DNA from: Candidatus Niyogibacteria bacterium
GTDB lineage: Bacteria > Patescibacteriota > Minisyncoccia > HO2-45-28
Reading direction: 5' to 3'
NCBI GenBank assembly: GCA_016432485.1
Contig: CP066691.1
Coordinates: forward strand, 217,294 to 281,293
DNA: 64,000 nt
Shown: positions 63,712 to 64,000 of the stretch, piece after piece
Numbering within the stretch: position 1 is the stretch's first letter
Layout of the letters: each line of letters opens with the position of its first letter
Program-made: the position numbers and the translations under genes
The notes under the pieces: model-generated
Databases searched by the model: none
Told to the model about the DNA's origin: nothing
The model's input: the letters and a program-made list of their open reading frames with translations, nothing else

Positions 63712-64000
63712 TCATTTTCCTTTTTTCAATAAATAGTTATAAGCCGCGAGCGCGGCCTTGACCGCATCACCCGCCGAAATGTTGTTTTGCTTGTAAGGGT
63801 CGTCAGTAATGTCTCCGGCGGCATATATCCCGGGAACGCTAGTTGAGCCGTGTTTGGAATCAATGACAATCTGCCCGAATTTATCCAATTCAGCCAGGTC
63901 TTTAACCATTTCCGAATTTGGAATTGAACCTATTTCCACAAACACGCCGTCTAAAGCCAATTCTTTTTCTTGGCCCGATTTGCGGTTTTTGTATTTAAGA
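63712..64000 (-). CDS. trxB: Thioredoxin-disulfide reductase, C-terminal part only (gene continues beyond the window end)
   Basis: ...GVFVEIGSIPNSEM...IYAAGDITD...; partial. Confidence 0.75.
   Translation of the reverse strand, partial: LKYKNRKSGQEKELALDGVFVEIGSIPNSEMVKDLAELDKFGQIVIDSKHGSTSVPGIYAAGDITDDPYKQNNISAGDAVKAALAAYNYLLKKGK

Overview
This 64 kb window looks like a small-genome, low-to-moderate GC bacterium, probably of the Patescibacteria (CPR) type. It has many minus-strand operons, tight gene overlaps and shortened core proteins: a short AlaRS lacking the C-Ala domain, an RF1 lacking domain 1, a ~150 aa EF-Ts and a split transketolase.

Core content, in window order:
- hrcA-grpE-dnaK-dnaJ heat-shock operon with a perfect CIRCE operator.
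- Ribosomal alpha operon infA-rpmJ-rpsM-rpsK-rpsD-rpoA-rplQ, followed by rplM-rpsI.
- alaS, mnmA, mltG, pcm, guaB, an APC permease and a HAD hydrolase.
- A tRNA cluster (Trp, Thr, Tyr) followed by clpB and htrA.
- Two Fe-S units: arsR-sufU-ferredoxin-sodA-nfu, and sufCBDS.
- ndh and a second tRNA-Thr.
- tsf-rpsB, rpmE-prfA and rplY.
- Sugar-phosphate and glycolytic genes: fba, a pfkB-family kinase, tkt (split), rpe, rpiB, gap and a partial trxB.

Accessory structure I can see directly in the sequence:
1. A 36-bp perfect palindromic element in three copies. Two copies bracket a small wHTH plus Cas2-like gene, with no CRISPR array or cas1 nearby. The third copy sits codon-aligned and in frame inside sufS, adding 12 residues. 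This resembles a REP/RAYT- or Rickettsia RPE-like arrangement.
2. A tRNA-associated islet at 26.5-30.2 kb. It carries GC-rich foreign-looking mini-cassettes, each with a consensus sigma70 promoter, a small ORF and a strong terminator. It also has two ~80-nt duplicated terminator modules, a short tRNA-like 5' fragment (acceptor stem, D arm and start of the anticodon stem), and a 30-nt hairpin repeat that follows both tRNA-Trp and that fragment.
3. Further GC-rich mini-cassettes with TTGACA-N17 promoters at 39.0-39.5 kb and 57.8-58.0 kb. A second islet at 37.4-39.5 kb splits the two suf units and carries a DEDDh exonuclease.
4. A locus at 16.8-21.5 kb with a Lon-N-domain protein, a 220-aa protein and a 955-aa protein of unknown function.
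5. A family of long-stem hairpin repeats fused to terminators, and several tandem repeats with periods of 7, 8, 11 and 16 bp.

None of these units could be assigned a function from sequence alone. The palindromic element and the GC-rich mini-cassettes are the strongest candidates for undescribed biology.
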